Assembly (NCBI GenBank): GCA_016875395.1
Contig: VGRF01000002.1
Span: forward strand, 207,815-271,814
DNA length: 64,000 bases
Reading direction: 5' to 3'
Source: Deltaproteobacteria bacterium
GTDB taxonomy: Bacteria; Myxococcota_A; UBA9160; UBA6930
The notes beneath the pieces are model-generated. The model was not told where the DNA came from and made no database searches. It saw only the letters and a program-made list of their open reading frames with translations. Positions 27,122 to 41,520 of the stretch are shown piece by piece (the first letter of the stretch is position 1; each line of letters starts with the position of its first letter). A program made the position numbers and the translations under genes.

Positions 27122-27736
27122 TCACCGCCACGCGAACACGGGCTGCTCGTAGTGGTCGACGCGCGTGGCGCGGCCGAACAGCGCGACTTCGCGCAGCTGG
27201 AAGAGGATCGCGGCGGTGGGCGCATGGATGTGGGTGTCGAGCAGCGGGATCGAGATCACCGGGCGCTCGCTCTCCGGGATGCGGCGCAGGTGGGGCACTC
27301 CCGGGTGCGAGAGGTCGGCGACGGGCACGCGGTAGATCGCGGCGACCTCCTTCGGGTCGGGTCGCAGCTCGGGGTGCTCGCCGGTCCACACCACCACCGG
27401 AGTGATCACGAAGCCCGAGCGCGTGGGGTAGTCGTCGAGACGCCCGAGAATCGCGTCGTCGCGCAGCTCGAGCCCCACCTCTTCGTGCAGCTCGCGCAGT
27501 GCCGCGCGCTCCGGCGTTTCGCCGGCGTCGAGGCGGCCGCCGGGTAGCGCCCACTGGCCCGCGTGATTGCGCAGCCGCGCCGCGCGGCGCGTGATCACGA
27601 ACGCGAGCGCGCCGTCGTCTCCGGGCACGAGCGTCGCCGCGACCGCGGCGTGCCGCCTGCCCTCGAGCGGGGCCTCGCGCCGCTTGGCCGCGAAGCTCGC
27701 GAGATTCCGGCGCACCTCTTCGATTCGCTCGCGCAT
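27122..27736 (-). CDS. NUDIX hydrolase (CoA pyrophosphatase-like)
   Basis: Nudix box [24 protein letters not shown]. Start taken at MRERIEEV (27736). Confidence 0.8.
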   Translation of the reverse strand: MRERIEEVRRNLASFAAKRREAPLEGRRHAAVAATLVPGDDGALAFVITRRAARLRNHAGQWALPGGRLDAGETPERAALRELHEEVGLELRDDAILGRLDDYPTRSGFVITPVVVWTGEHPELRPDPKEVAAIYRVPVADLSHPGVPHLRRIPESERPVISIPLLDTHIHAPTAAILFQLREVALFGRATRVDHYEQPVFAWR

Positions 27737-27845
27737 TCGCGCACGGTAGACCGCCTCGCAGAGACTCGTGCGGCTGCGCCGCCGCTCGCTCGCCGAGTTA
27801 CGTTGCGCGCCCCTTCGGAGGCCGCTCGTGACTCCCGCTCGCGCC

Positions 27846-28727
27846 ATGCTCGCCAGCGCAACGCAGCGCACGCTCTCGCTGCCGCAGCGCGGCGTCGAGA
27901 TCGCGCTGCTCGACTTCGGCGGCGACGGGCCCCTCGCGCTCCTCCATCACGCGACGGGCTTCTGCAAAGGCGTGTGGGCCCCGATCGCGGAGCAGCTGCG
28001 CGCGCGCTTCCGCGTGATCGCGATGGACGCGCGCGGCCACGGCGACTCCTCCGTCGTCGAGGGCCCCGCGGCGTATGCGTGGCCGGAGTTCGCGCGCGAT
28101 CTCCAGGCGGTCGTCGAATCGCTCGCGAGCGAGCTCGGCCCGGTCGCGCTCGGGATGGGTCACTCGTTCGGCGGCACCGCGATGCTCAGCGCCGGCAAGG
28201 CGCGCCCCGACTTGTTACGGCGTCTCGTGCTCGTCGACCCCGTCGTGCCGATGCCCGCCGCGATGTATCCGCCGGACGCGCTCTCGCGGCCGAACGCGCT
28301 CGCGGACGGCGCGCGCCGCCGCAGGACCGAGTGGCCAAGCCTCGCGGAGGCGCGCAGGAGCTGGGGCGAGCGCAGCGTGTTCAAGACTTGGCGGCCGGAG
28401 GTTCTCGACCTCTATGCGCTCGATGGCCTGCGCGAGCGCGCGGACGGCAGCGTCACGCTGAAGTGCCCGAGCGCGGTCGAGGCGGCGATCTTCGATCAGG
28501 GCCGCGACCTCGACGTGGCGGCGATCGCGCAGGACCACCCCGTCCCGACGCTTTGGATCCGCGCCGGTCAGGGCAATTTTCCCGGCGAGTGGTGCCGGTC
28601 CCTTGCCGGCCGGATGCGCGCTTGTGAGTACCGCGACCTCGACGTCGGCCACCTCGTGGTGATGGAGCAGCCCGAGCTCGTGGCCGCCGAAGCGCTGCGC
28701 TTCGCCGAACCGGCAACAGAGGCGTAA
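27846..28727 (+). CDS. alpha/beta hydrolase
   Basis: GMGHSFGG nucleophile elbow and RGHGDS. Start at 27846 (MLASAT) preferred over 27768. Confidence 0.7.
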   Translation: MLASATQRTLSLPQRGVEIALLDFGGDGPLALLHHATGFCKGVWAPIAEQLRARFRVIAMDARGHGDSSVVEGPAAYAWPEFARDLQAVVESLASELGPVALGMGHSFGGTAMLSAGKARPDLLRRLVLVDPVVPMPAAMYPPDALSRPNALADGARRRRTEWPSLAEARRSWGERSVFKTWRPEVLDLYALDGLRERADGSVTLKCPSAVEAAIFDQGRDLDVAAIAQDHPVPTLWIRAGQGNFPGEWCRSLAGRMRACEYRDLDVGHLVVMEQPELVAAEALRFAEPATEA

Positions 28728-28762
28728 ACCCGCCCGCAGCGTTGGCCGATGCACTAGGCGCC

Positions 28763-31700
28763 ATGAATTTGCGCGTGCACGCGGCCGTTGTCTTCGCGGG
28801 GATCCTCCTGTGGACGGGAGCGACCTCGGCCCAGCAGGCGCAGAGCCTCGACGCGAAGGCGCCGCCCCCCGAGATGCGCGTGCTCGTGATGCCACCGCGC
28901 GCGACGAGCGTGTATCGCAGCGTCGATGCTGGCGTGCGCGAGTGGTGGGCCGCCGAGATCGCGGCGAACGACGTGAGGGTGATCGGGCGGCACGAGACGG
29001 CGGCCGCATCTGCGGCGGTGCTCGCCGGTGCGACGCGTCCCCACTTCAGCGCCGACGCGCCCGCGCTCGCGAAGCAAGCGAACGCCACGCACGTCGCGCT
29101 CAGCGAGCTGCGTTACGAGAAGGGCCTCGCGGAAGTCTGGCTGCGCGTCTACGACGCGAGCGGGAAGGCGCTCGCTGCGGGAAGCGCGAAGGGCAAGCTG
29201 GCGAAGCTCGGCGACGTGCTCGTGCAGGCCTCGGCGCCCGCACGAAAGCTGTTCGGCGCCGCGCCGCCGGAGTCGCCGCGGCTCTCGGAGCTCGGCGTGT
29301 TCGAGACCGCGGGCGATGCGCTGGGCGCATCCCGCCCGTCAGACGCAGTGGCTTCGCTCCTCAGCGCGAAGGGACGCACTGCCGACGCGCTGCGCGCCGA
29401 GCTCGAGCGCGCCGCGAGCGACGACCGCGTGCCGCTGCCCGAGCGCTCCCGTCTCGCGAGCGTGACCGGCAACGACGACCCGAACTGGCTGCGCGTCCGC
29501 CAGGGCATCATCGAGGGCAAGGATCCCGAGTTGTTATTGGCGGGCGCGGTGAACGCGAGCGCACGCGGCGAGCACGCGCGTGCGCTCGAGTTGTACCGCC
29601 AAGTGGAGACCGCAGCGCCCGACGCGCGCGCACGCCTCGGCATCGCGCGTGCGCTCACCGCGCTCGACCGCCATGCGGAGGCGCGGCCCGCGTGGGAGGG
29701 CGTGCTTGGGGACGATCCCGAGAGCTTCGAGGCGCGCAGCGCGCTGTCGCGGAATCCGTCGTTGCCGCCGGCAAAACGCGCTGAGCACGCGGTCGCGCTC
29801 GGCGAGCTGAAGGCGAAGGCGTTCGATCGCGAGGGCGCGGAGAAGGCGTTCGAGCACGCCACGCTGCTCGCGCCCAAGGAATCCGGGGCTCGCGCGAAGC
29901 TCGGCGTCGCGCAGATGCAGGCGCAGCTCGGCGAGCGCGAGGAAGCCTTGCTCGTGTACGAAGAGCTCGGCGCCGCGGGGCCGGAGGCGCTCGGCGAGCA
30001 CGCCGCGAGCACGTATGCAGGGCTCGGCGACATCCGCGCGCTCTCCGGTGACGACGCCGGCGCGAGTGAGGCCTACGCCACTGCCCTGGCGGCCGACCCG
30101 CAGAACGTCGACGCGCTGTCGGGGCAAGGCGAGATGCTGATGAAGGCGGGCAAGCCGCAGGAGGCGCTCTCGCCACTCGAGCGGGCCGCGCAGCTGGAGT
30201 CGCAGGCCGCGGATCGCCAGCTCCGCTGGGCGCGGGCGCTGCGCGCGGCGGGAGACGAGGAAGGCGCGCTGGTGGCGCTGAAGGCGCCGATGGTGCCTGA
30301 AGACCAGCAGGCCGAGCTGCTGCGCGAGACGGCCGACATTCAGCACGAGCAGGGCAATGCGGCGGCGGCGGCGGAGACGCTGCAGAAGGCCGTCGCGCTC
30401 GAGCCCGACGACGCTCCGCTGCGCACCGCACTCGCCGAGGCGTACGAAGAGACTGGCGACGCCGAGGCCGCCGCGCGCGAGCGCGCGCGGGTGTCGGCGC
30501 TGACCGGCCTCGCGCCGACCGACACGCGCGCGACGGCGCGCCAGGAGACGGAGAAGCCGAAGGAAGCGGGCGCCGGTGGCCCCTTCGCGTCGGTCGCCGC
30601 GGGCTTTCCGAAGGCGCGCCGTGACGGATCGCCGTTCGCGGGCGTCGCGTTCATCGGCGTCGCGCAGGAGCGCACGCCCGTCGATCACGTCCGCGCGTGG
30701 CTGTTGCCGCGCAGCCTCGACCTCGGTGCGCTCGAGGCTGAGCTGCGCGCCGCCTTCGAAGCGCGCTACGGCCTCGCGCCCGTTGGAGCCGTGAGCGACC
30801 TCGTTCGCCCGGCCTACGAGCGCGTGCTCGCGTTCTCGTCGACGGACCGCTCGGACCTCTCGCTCGTCAACGACGACCTCGGAGTCGAAGTCTCCTTCGT
30901 CGCGATGCTGACGCCGAACGAGCCGACCGGCATCGACTCACCGCTCGCGCCCGAGTCGCAGCTCGAGATTCGCATGCACACGGGCCGCACGACCGACGCG
31001 GTCGAGATCCTGCGTCTCGCGGCGAGCGTGCCGAACCCCGAGTCGTACCTGCGCTGGAACCCGCGCGCGCTGCTGCCCTACGGAATTCTGCTCGCGCTCG
31101 CGATGGCCCCGTTCATCCGCGGCTGGGGAAAGCTCAACGTGCGGCTCGAGCACGAGTCGCGGAAGAGCGCGAAGGGCTTCTTCACGATCGAGATCTCGCG
31201 CAGGCCCGGTCAAGCCAAGCGCGAGAAGGAGAAGGCCGGAGCCAGCAAGCTCACGCAATACCAGAAGAAGGGCGCCGCCTGGTCGCGCTTCCGCCGCTTC
31301 ATGGCGCAGCGCGAGAACGCGTTCCGGATGATTCCCGCGCGCAGTTATTACGTGTGCGTGCACGGAGTCATGCAGGACGACAAGGGCGATATCGTCGGTA
31401 GCTACCTCGAAGAGCGGAAGGTGAGGATTCCGCGCGGCGGCACGGTCGACGTCTCGTTCGACTTCCGGCCGCGCGAAGCGGCGCTCGAGGTGCGCTTGGT
31501 ACGGCCCGAGGGCGACACGCACGGCGTGGCGCGCGTGTGCGTGCGCGGGATGCCTTCGACCATGCGCTTCGTGAAGGAAGAGACCACGACGCTCTACGTG
31601 AGCAAGGGCGAGCACTTCGTCGTGGTCGGATACGGCGACTGCGTGTTCGAGCGCCGCGTCGAGATCAGCGAGCTGACCGCGCACCAGGTGACCATCGGTC

Positions 31701-33371
31701 TCGGCGACGTGAATCAGGCCGTGTTCCAAGGCGTGAAGGAAGCGATCGAGCCCTTCCTGATCGGCGATTTGCCGGCGTGCGCGCGCCCTCGACAAGGCCG
31801 GGCTGACGAAGCAGGCCAACGAGCTGCGCGCGCAGTACCACGAGCAGCAGGGCGACAAGGCCGCGGCTGCGAAGTTCTACCGCGAAGCCGGCCAGCTCAC
31901 GCAGGCGGCGGCGCTGTCTGCGGAGAGCGGCGGAAGCGCGCAGAGCGCCGAGCTGTACGAGCAGGCCGGCGATCATCGCAGCGCAGCCAGCGCGTATCTC
32001 GAAGCCGGCGAGTTTCAGCGCGCCGCCGAGATGTTCGAGGCCGCGTACGACTTCGCGGACGCGATCGAGGCATACCGCAAGGCGGGCGCGCGCGAGAAGG
32101 TGTGCGACTTGCTCGAGCGCGTCGGGCGCCATCACGAAGCCGGCGTGCTCTCACTCGAGCTCGGCGACGAGGACCGCGCGATTCGCAATCTCCAGCAGGT
32201 CGACCTGCGCGATCCCGACTACGCGGAGTCGTGTCGCGCGCTCGCGGATCTGTTCCTCGCGCGCGAGGAGTGGATGCTCGCGATCGACCGCCTCAAGGAG
32301 GCGATCCACACCGTCGGCGAAGACGCGGCGTCGCTCGAGATGTTCGAGCAGCTCGGCGACGCGTTCGAGAAGAACGGCGACCTGCAGGACGCGCTGCAGA
32401 CCTTCGAGGGCATCCGCAAGCGCGACTACCAGTACGCGAACATCGCCGACCGCATCCGCTCGCTGCGTGAGCGCACGCAGATCCAGGAGACGCAGCGCCA
32501 GTCGCAGCTGAACACCGCAGCTGCGGGCGCCACCACCATGGCCGCGGGCGCCGCGACCGCACCCGCCGCTGCGCCCGTGGAGGATCGCTACGAGATTCTC
32601 GGCGAGCTCGGGCGCGGTGGCATGGGCATCGTCTTCAAGGCGCGCGATCGCCGCCTCGGGCGCGTCGTCGCGCTGAAGCGCCTGCCCGACAACCTTCGCG
32701 ATCACCCCACCGCGGTCGCGCTGTTCCTGCGCGAGGCGCAGTCGGCGGCGGCGCTCAATCATCCGAACATCGTCACGATCTACGACGCCGACCAAACGGC
32801 GGGGAACTATTACTTGACGATGGAGTTCCTCGAGGGCATGCCCCTCGATGCGGTCTTGAGAAAGCGCGGGAAGCTCTCGCCCAAGGACGCCGCGCGCATG
32901 GGCGTGCAGATCGCGACGGGCCTCCAGTTCGCGCACGAGCGCGGCCTCGTTCATCGCGACATCAAGACGGCGAACCTGTTCTTCACGCGGGATCGCGTGG
33001 TGAAGATCATGGACTTCGGCCTCGCGAAGATGGTCGAAGAGGTGCGCAAGGCGGCGACGGTCGTCGGCGGCACGCCGTACTACATGGCGCCCGAGCAGGC
33101 GCTCGGTGAGCGCGTCGATCACCGCGCGGATCTGTACGCCTTCGGCGTCACGCTCTTCGAACTCGTCGCCGGCCGCGTGCCCTTCAAGGACGGCGACGTC
33201 GCGTACCACCACCGGCACACGGCGCCGCCGGATCTTCGCGGTCTCGTGCCGGGCATCCCCGAGGCGCTGGCCGCGCTGATCGAGCAGCTGATGGCGAAGA
33301 AGGCTGCCGATCGCCCCGCGACGACCGCGGAAGTGACCGCTGCGCTCGAGGCGCTGGTGCGCGGCGCGTAG
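28763..33371 (+). pseudogene. giant membrane-spanning TPR protein with C-terminal Ser/Thr kinase domain, reading frame broken once in a (GC)4 run
   Basis: ORF 28742-32470 codes sensibly up to ..AIEPFLIGDLPACA (about 31783), then turns into an Arg-rich out-of-frame tail. The kinase-frame ORF shows clear coding (ALDKAGLTKQANELRAQYHEQQGDKAAAAKFYREAG...) from 31785, with no possible start before the ATG at 32031. Kinase motifs GRGGMGIVFKA, HRDIKTANL, DFGLA and APE are present. Confidence 0.7.
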
Positions 33372-33448
33372 CGAGCGCGCGCCCGATCCCCGCCATGCAG
33401 AGGAACTTCGAGCGGGTACGATGCGGCGCTTCCGAGAGTGAGGAAGCG

Positions 33449-36262
<2,814 letters not shown>

Positions 36263-36280
36263 CGGTAACGGGCGGGCGCC

Positions 36281-36364
36281 CGAATCGAGAAGCGAGCGTC
36301 AGACGCGTTCTCCTCGATTTCGGAGAATCGAGGGCCAGGCGTCTGACGCTGGATTGGCGATTCG
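36281..36364. repeat. 84-nt imperfect palindrome containing two inverted copies of the GCGTCWGACGC hairpin element (family B, copies 1a and 1b)
   Basis: Palindromes at 36296-36306 and 36339-36349. AATCGAG/CTCGATT stems at 36283-36289, 36313-36319 and 36326-36334. Lies between the sucA stop and the nfi start. Confidence 0.55.
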
Positions 36365-36407
36365 CCCCGCGGGTGCGTCGCGCGCCCACGCGCGGCACCG
36401 TCGTGTG

Positions 36408-37097
36408 ATGCGCGCGCTCGAGCCCCGCGTTGCCGTCACCGCCGAAAGCGTCGCCGAGGCCCGCGCGCTGCAGGAGCAACTGCGTTCCCGCGTAGTCGCG
36501 CGCGATGCGTTCCCGCGCCGCGTGCGCTTCGTCGCGGGCACGGACGTCTCGTTCGATCGCTTTGCGCCGACGCTCTTCGCCGCGGTCGTGGTGCTCGACG
36601 CGCGCACGCTCGCGGTGGTCGACGCCGCGTGCGCGGAGGTACCCGCGTCGTTCCCGTACGTGCCGGGCTTCCTCTCGTTCCGCGAGCTTCCGCCGCTGCT
36701 CGCCGCGTTCGCGAAGCTGCGCGTCGCGCCCGATCTCGTCGTGTGCGACGGCCATGGCCGCGCGCACCCGCGGCGCTTCGGCCTCGCGTGCCATCTCGGC
36801 GTCGCGCTCGATCTGCCGACGCTCGGCTGCGCGAAGTCGGTGCTCACAGGCGAGCACGCCGAGCCCGCGCGCGAGCGCGGCAGCTTCGCGCCGCTACGCG
36901 ACGGCGGCCGCACGCTCGGCTCCGCGCTGCGCACGCGCGACGGCGTCGCGCCCGTGTACGTGAGCGTGGGGCACCGCGTCTCGCTCGCGACGGCGCGCCG
37001 CTGGCTGCTGCGCCTCGCGCCGACGCATCGCCTCAGCGAGCCGATTCGCGCTGCCCACGAAGCGAGCAATCGCGCGCGGCGTGGAGGCGTAGCATGA
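36408..37097 (+). CDS. nfi: endonuclease V
   Basis: [18 protein letters not shown] and [20 protein letters not shown] motifs. Confidence 0.85.
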   Translation: MRALEPRVAVTAESVAEARALQEQLRSRVVARDAFPRRVRFVAGTDVSFDRFAPTLFAAVVVLDARTLAVVDAACAEVPASFPYVPGFLSFRELPPLLAAFAKLRVAPDLVVCDGHGRAHPRRFGLACHLGVALDLPTLGCAKSVLTGEHAEPARERGSFAPLRDGGRTLGSALRTRDGVAPVYVSVGHRVSLATARRWLLRLAPTHRLSEPIRAAHEASNRARRGGVA

Positions 37098-37119
37098 GCG
37101 CGCCCAGCGAGGAGACGCG

Positions 37120-37824
37120 ATGCGCCACTTGTTACGCCCGATCGCGGCGGTGCTCGCGATGAGCGCGGCGGCGTACGGCGGCGACGACCGCCCCGCCGAG
37201 CGCGAGCGCATGGTCGCGGAGCAGATCGCGGCTCGCGGCGTCTCCGACGCGCGCGTGCTCGCGGCGCTGCGCAAGGTGCCGCGTCATCGCTTCATGCCCG
37301 AAGCGGTGCGCGACCTCGCGTACGAGGACCGCGCGCTGCCGATCGAGAATGGGCAGACGATCTCGCAGCCCTACATCGTGGCGGTGATGTCCGAGGCCGC
37401 GCGCGTGAAGCCGGGCGACCGCGTGCTCGAGGTCGGCACGGGCTCGGGCTATCAGGCCGCGGTGCTCGCGGAGATGGGCGCAGACCTCGACTCGATCGAG
37501 ATCGTGCCCGCGCTCGCCGACTCCGCCGCGAAGGTGTTAGGCGAGATGGGCTACGCGCGCGTTCGGGTGCACACCGGCGACGGCTACCGCGGCCTGCCCG
37601 AGCGCGCGCCGTTCGACGCGATTCTCGTGACCGCCGCGCCTGATCACGTGCCGCAGCCGCTGCTCGATCAGCTCGCGATCGGCGGCCGGCTCGTGATCCC
37701 CGTCGGCGCGAGCGTGCAGGAGCTGCGCGTCATCGAGCGCACCAAGGACGGCACCGCGCAGCACTCGATCTTTCCCGTGATGTTCGTGCCGATGACGGGC
37801 GAGGCGCAGCGCGGGCGCGAGTGA
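37120..37824 (+). CDS. pcm: protein-L-isoaspartate O-methyltransferase
   Basis: [22 protein letters not shown] and GGRLVIPVG motifs. Signal-like N-terminus. Confidence 0.9.
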   Translation: MRHLLRPIAAVLAMSAAAYGGDDRPAERERMVAEQIAARGVSDARVLAALRKVPRHRFMPEAVRDLAYEDRALPIENGQTISQPYIVAVMSEAARVKPGDRVLEVGTGSGYQAAVLAEMGADLDSIEIVPALADSAAKVLGEMGYARVRVHTGDGYRGLPERAPFDAILVTAAPDHVPQPLLDQLAIGGRLVIPVGASVQELRVIERTKDGTAQHSIFPVMFVPMTGEAQRGRE

Positions 37825-37865
37825 GCTGCTGCGCTTCTCTCAGGGCCGCAGATGCAGGCGTCCCG

Positions 37866-38579
37866 TCAGTGCTTCCCCGCTTCGAGCTTCACGCCCGCGC
37901 GGCGCGAGAGCATGTAGGCCTCGAGCGCGATCATGCGCGGGTCGTCGTGCGCGAGCGGCTTGCCCTCGAGCGGGTTCTCGATGCACCAGTTCGTCATGTC
38001 GCGAAGCAGGGCCACCTTCTTCAGCTGGGCCTGGAACTTCGGATACGTCTCGGGGTGCGTGTTCGACGCGTGCGGGTGGCACATCGCGCACGCCACGCCG
38101 TTCGTGCCGATCTCGTCGCTGTGGAAGAGCCGGTCGCCCTCGGTCACGACCTTGTCGAGCTCCGCCTGCCAGATCTTCTTCTCGCGTTCGGTCGGCTCGC
38201 CGAAGCTCACCTTCAAGAACGGGATGTCCGCGCCTGGCACGTAGTTTTCGTAGACCATGCCGTTCGCTGCGACGGTGATGTGCTGGTCCACGCCGACGTG
38301 CGCGACGATTTCTTCCTTGCAGTAACGCATCAGCCCCGTGAGCACGTCGGCCACGAGCTGCGCCTTCTCGGGCGACATCTTCTCGTCGGGCCTGACACCT
38401 TGCACCACGACGATCTTGCGGCGGTCGCACGCGGTCACCGTGCGCGACGCCCAGCCGCCGCGCTCGCCCGCGACGACCTCGCCCGCGAGCGCAGGCGCGC
38501 TCGGCGCGCCGAGCACGAGCCACGCGCCGGCCAGCAGTGCGGCGCCCATCGCCGAAGCCACGATCTTGTTCGCGTTCAT
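37866..38579 (-). CDS. mono-heme c-type cytochrome
   Basis: ATG at 38579 after GAGGAG; signal peptide; a single CAMCH motif. Confidence 0.7.
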   Translation of the reverse strand: MNANKIVASAMGAALLAGAWLVLGAPSAPALAGEVVAGERGGWASRTVTACDRRKIVVVQGVRPDEKMSPEKAQLVADVLTGLMRYCKEEIVAHVGVDQHITVAANGMVYENYVPGADIPFLKVSFGEPTEREKKIWQAELDKVVTEGDRLFHSDEIGTNGVACAMCHPHASNTHPETYPKFQAQLKKVALLRDMTNWCIENPLEGKPLAHDDPRMIALEAYMLSRRAGVKLEAGKH

Positions 38580-38654
38580 CTCGTTCTCCTCGAGTGCGTT
38601 TCCGTTCCGCCGCGACCGCAAGCGCAACGCGCAGCAAGCCGCAGGCGAAGTCGA

Positions 38655-39800
<1,146 letters not shown>

Positions 39801-39826
39801 CGGGATCCTCCCGTCGTTGGGCGAAA

Positions 39827-40942
39827 TCAGTTTTTCGGTGCGACCTGCGCGAGGCGCTCGAGGTCGTCGCTCGTGAAGCTCTCGAGCAGCGCGACGAGGT
39901 CCGTCTTTTCGTCCGCCGTCAGCGCCAAGGGACGCATGCCGCCGTCGAGGTACGGGTTCGCGTTGCCGCCGCGGTCGTAGTAGTCGATCACGCTCGCGAG
40001 CGTCGCCTCGCTGCCGCCGTGCATGTACGGCGCCGTCTTCGCGACGTTGCGCAGCTGCGGCGTCTTGAAGGCCCCGAGGTGCCGCTCTTCGCGCGTCACG
40101 AGGAAGCGCCCGAGCTCGCCCATTTCCTCGCTGCCGAGCGCGAGGTCGTCGATCGAGGCGCCCGCAGCGCCAGCCGCGGCGGCTTTGCGCGATGCGACCG
40201 CGAAGTCCACGCGCGTCACGCCCACGCCGATGTTGTGGAAGTCGTCGTCAGTGAAGAGCGGGATCGCTTCGACGTAGCCGTGACACGTGCTGCAGCGCGC
40301 CTTGCCGTTGAACAGCTCCCAGCCGCGTTGCGCCTCGGCGGAGATCGCGCTCGCATCGCCGCGCAGAAAGCGATCGATCGGCGCGTTCACCTCGATCAGC
40401 GTGCGCTCGAAGCTCGCGATCGCCTGCCCCACGCGTTCGATCGTGATCTCGCGCGAGCCGAACGCCGCCTCTAAGGGAGCGCCGTAGTCGCTCAGCGTGC
40501 TCAGCTTCGCGACGACGGCCGGATGATCCGCGAAGCCGTGCTCGATCGCGTTGATCAGCGGCAGCACCGCCTGCGCCTCGAGATTCGCGGCGCGGCCGTC
40601 CCAGAACTGCGTCGCGAGGAACGCGGCGTTCAGCACGGTGGGCGCGTTCTTCGAGCCGACCGCGCCGCCGACGCCGGCCGAGCCCTTCGTGCCGCGCCCG
40701 TCTGCGAACGCGTGCTTCGGATCGTGACAGGTCGCGCACGCGACCGTGCCGTCGGTCGAGAGGCGCGTGTCGAAGTAGAGCTTCTGGCCGAGCGCGATTT
40801 TCTCCGCGCTGAGCGCGTTGTCTGCGGGGATCTCGGGCGGGAACACGCCGGCCGGAAGCGCGGGCAACAGTGCGTCGTTCGCGCCGAGCGCGAGCAGCGC
40901 GAGCGCCGCTGCCGAGATCGCCGTGAATGCGCGCCGCTTCAT
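39827..40942 (-). CDS. di-heme cytochrome c peroxidase / MauG family
   Basis: 371 aa; signal peptide; two heme motifs CATCHD and CSTCHG. Confidence 0.85.
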   Translation of the reverse strand: MKRRAFTAISAAALALLALGANDALLPALPAGVFPPEIPADNALSAEKIALGQKLYFDTRLSTDGTVACATCHDPKHAFADGRGTKGSAGVGGAVGSKNAPTVLNAAFLATQFWDGRAANLEAQAVLPLINAIEHGFADHPAVVAKLSTLSDYGAPLEAAFGSREITIERVGQAIASFERTLIEVNAPIDRFLRGDASAISAEAQRGWELFNGKARCSTCHGYVEAIPLFTDDDFHNIGVGVTRVDFAVASRKAAAAGAAGASIDDLALGSEEMGELGRFLVTREERHLGAFKTPQLRNVAKTAPYMHGGSEATLASVIDYYDRGGNANPYLDGGMRPLALTADEKTDLVALLESFTSDDLERLAQVAPKN

Positions 40943-41006
40943 CGCGAGCCTCCGACTCGGCGCGACTCTCGGCTAGATAACAACGACTGGCAACAAGAAA
41001 TCGGCT

Positions 41007-41444
41007 TCAGACCGAGTTTTCGCAGCGGGCGCAGCGCCCCAGCACCACGACCGAGATGCGCTCGAGCGCGAAGCCTTCGGGCAGGTTCGCCTTGGCGCGG
41101 ATCGCGGAGTCCGCGCTGCTCGGGAGATCGTGCAGCGCGCCGCACACGCGGCAGCGCGCGTGATAGTGCGGCGCGCTGTTCGCCTCGTAGCGGTAGGGCT
41201 CGCCGCCGTCGGTCACGCACGCGGCGAGCCCCGCGCCGACGAGCGAGCCCAGCACTTCGTACACGGTCTTCAAGCTGAGGCTCGGCTGCTTGCGCGCGAG
41301 CGCGCGATGCAAGCTCGCGGCGGTGGGGTGAGCATTCGATGCGCGCAGCGCCTCCAGCACGCCGACGCGCTGGCGCGTTGCGCGCAGACCGTGCGCCGCG
41401 AGCTCGATCGCGATCTGCTTGTGGTTGGGGTTCGCGCGCGCCAT
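41007..41444 (-). CDS. Fur family transcriptional regulator (PerR-like by context)
   Basis: Start at MARANPNHK (41444). Pattern RATRQRVGVLEAL..HPTAASL..CRVCG..CARC. Directly upstream of the peroxidase operon. Confidence 0.8.
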   Translation of the reverse strand: MARANPNHKQIAIELAAHGLRATRQRVGVLEALRASNAHPTAASLHRALARKQPSLSLKTVYEVLGSLVGAGLAACVTDGGEPYRYEANSAPHYHARCRVCGALHDLPSSADSAIRAKANLPEGFALERISVVVLGRCARCENSV

Positions 41445-41520
41445 GCGCGAAATCGTTATCCGATCGAGGGAAACTCTGCCGCGCCTCGACGTCCAGCCAC
41501 TTCGCGAGGATCGTCGCGGG

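Noticed and set aside
32031-33371. ATG at 32031 as the start of an independent kinase gene
   Set aside because: A clear coding signal in the same frame continues about 250 nt upstream with no possible start codon. This points to a frameshifted single gene.
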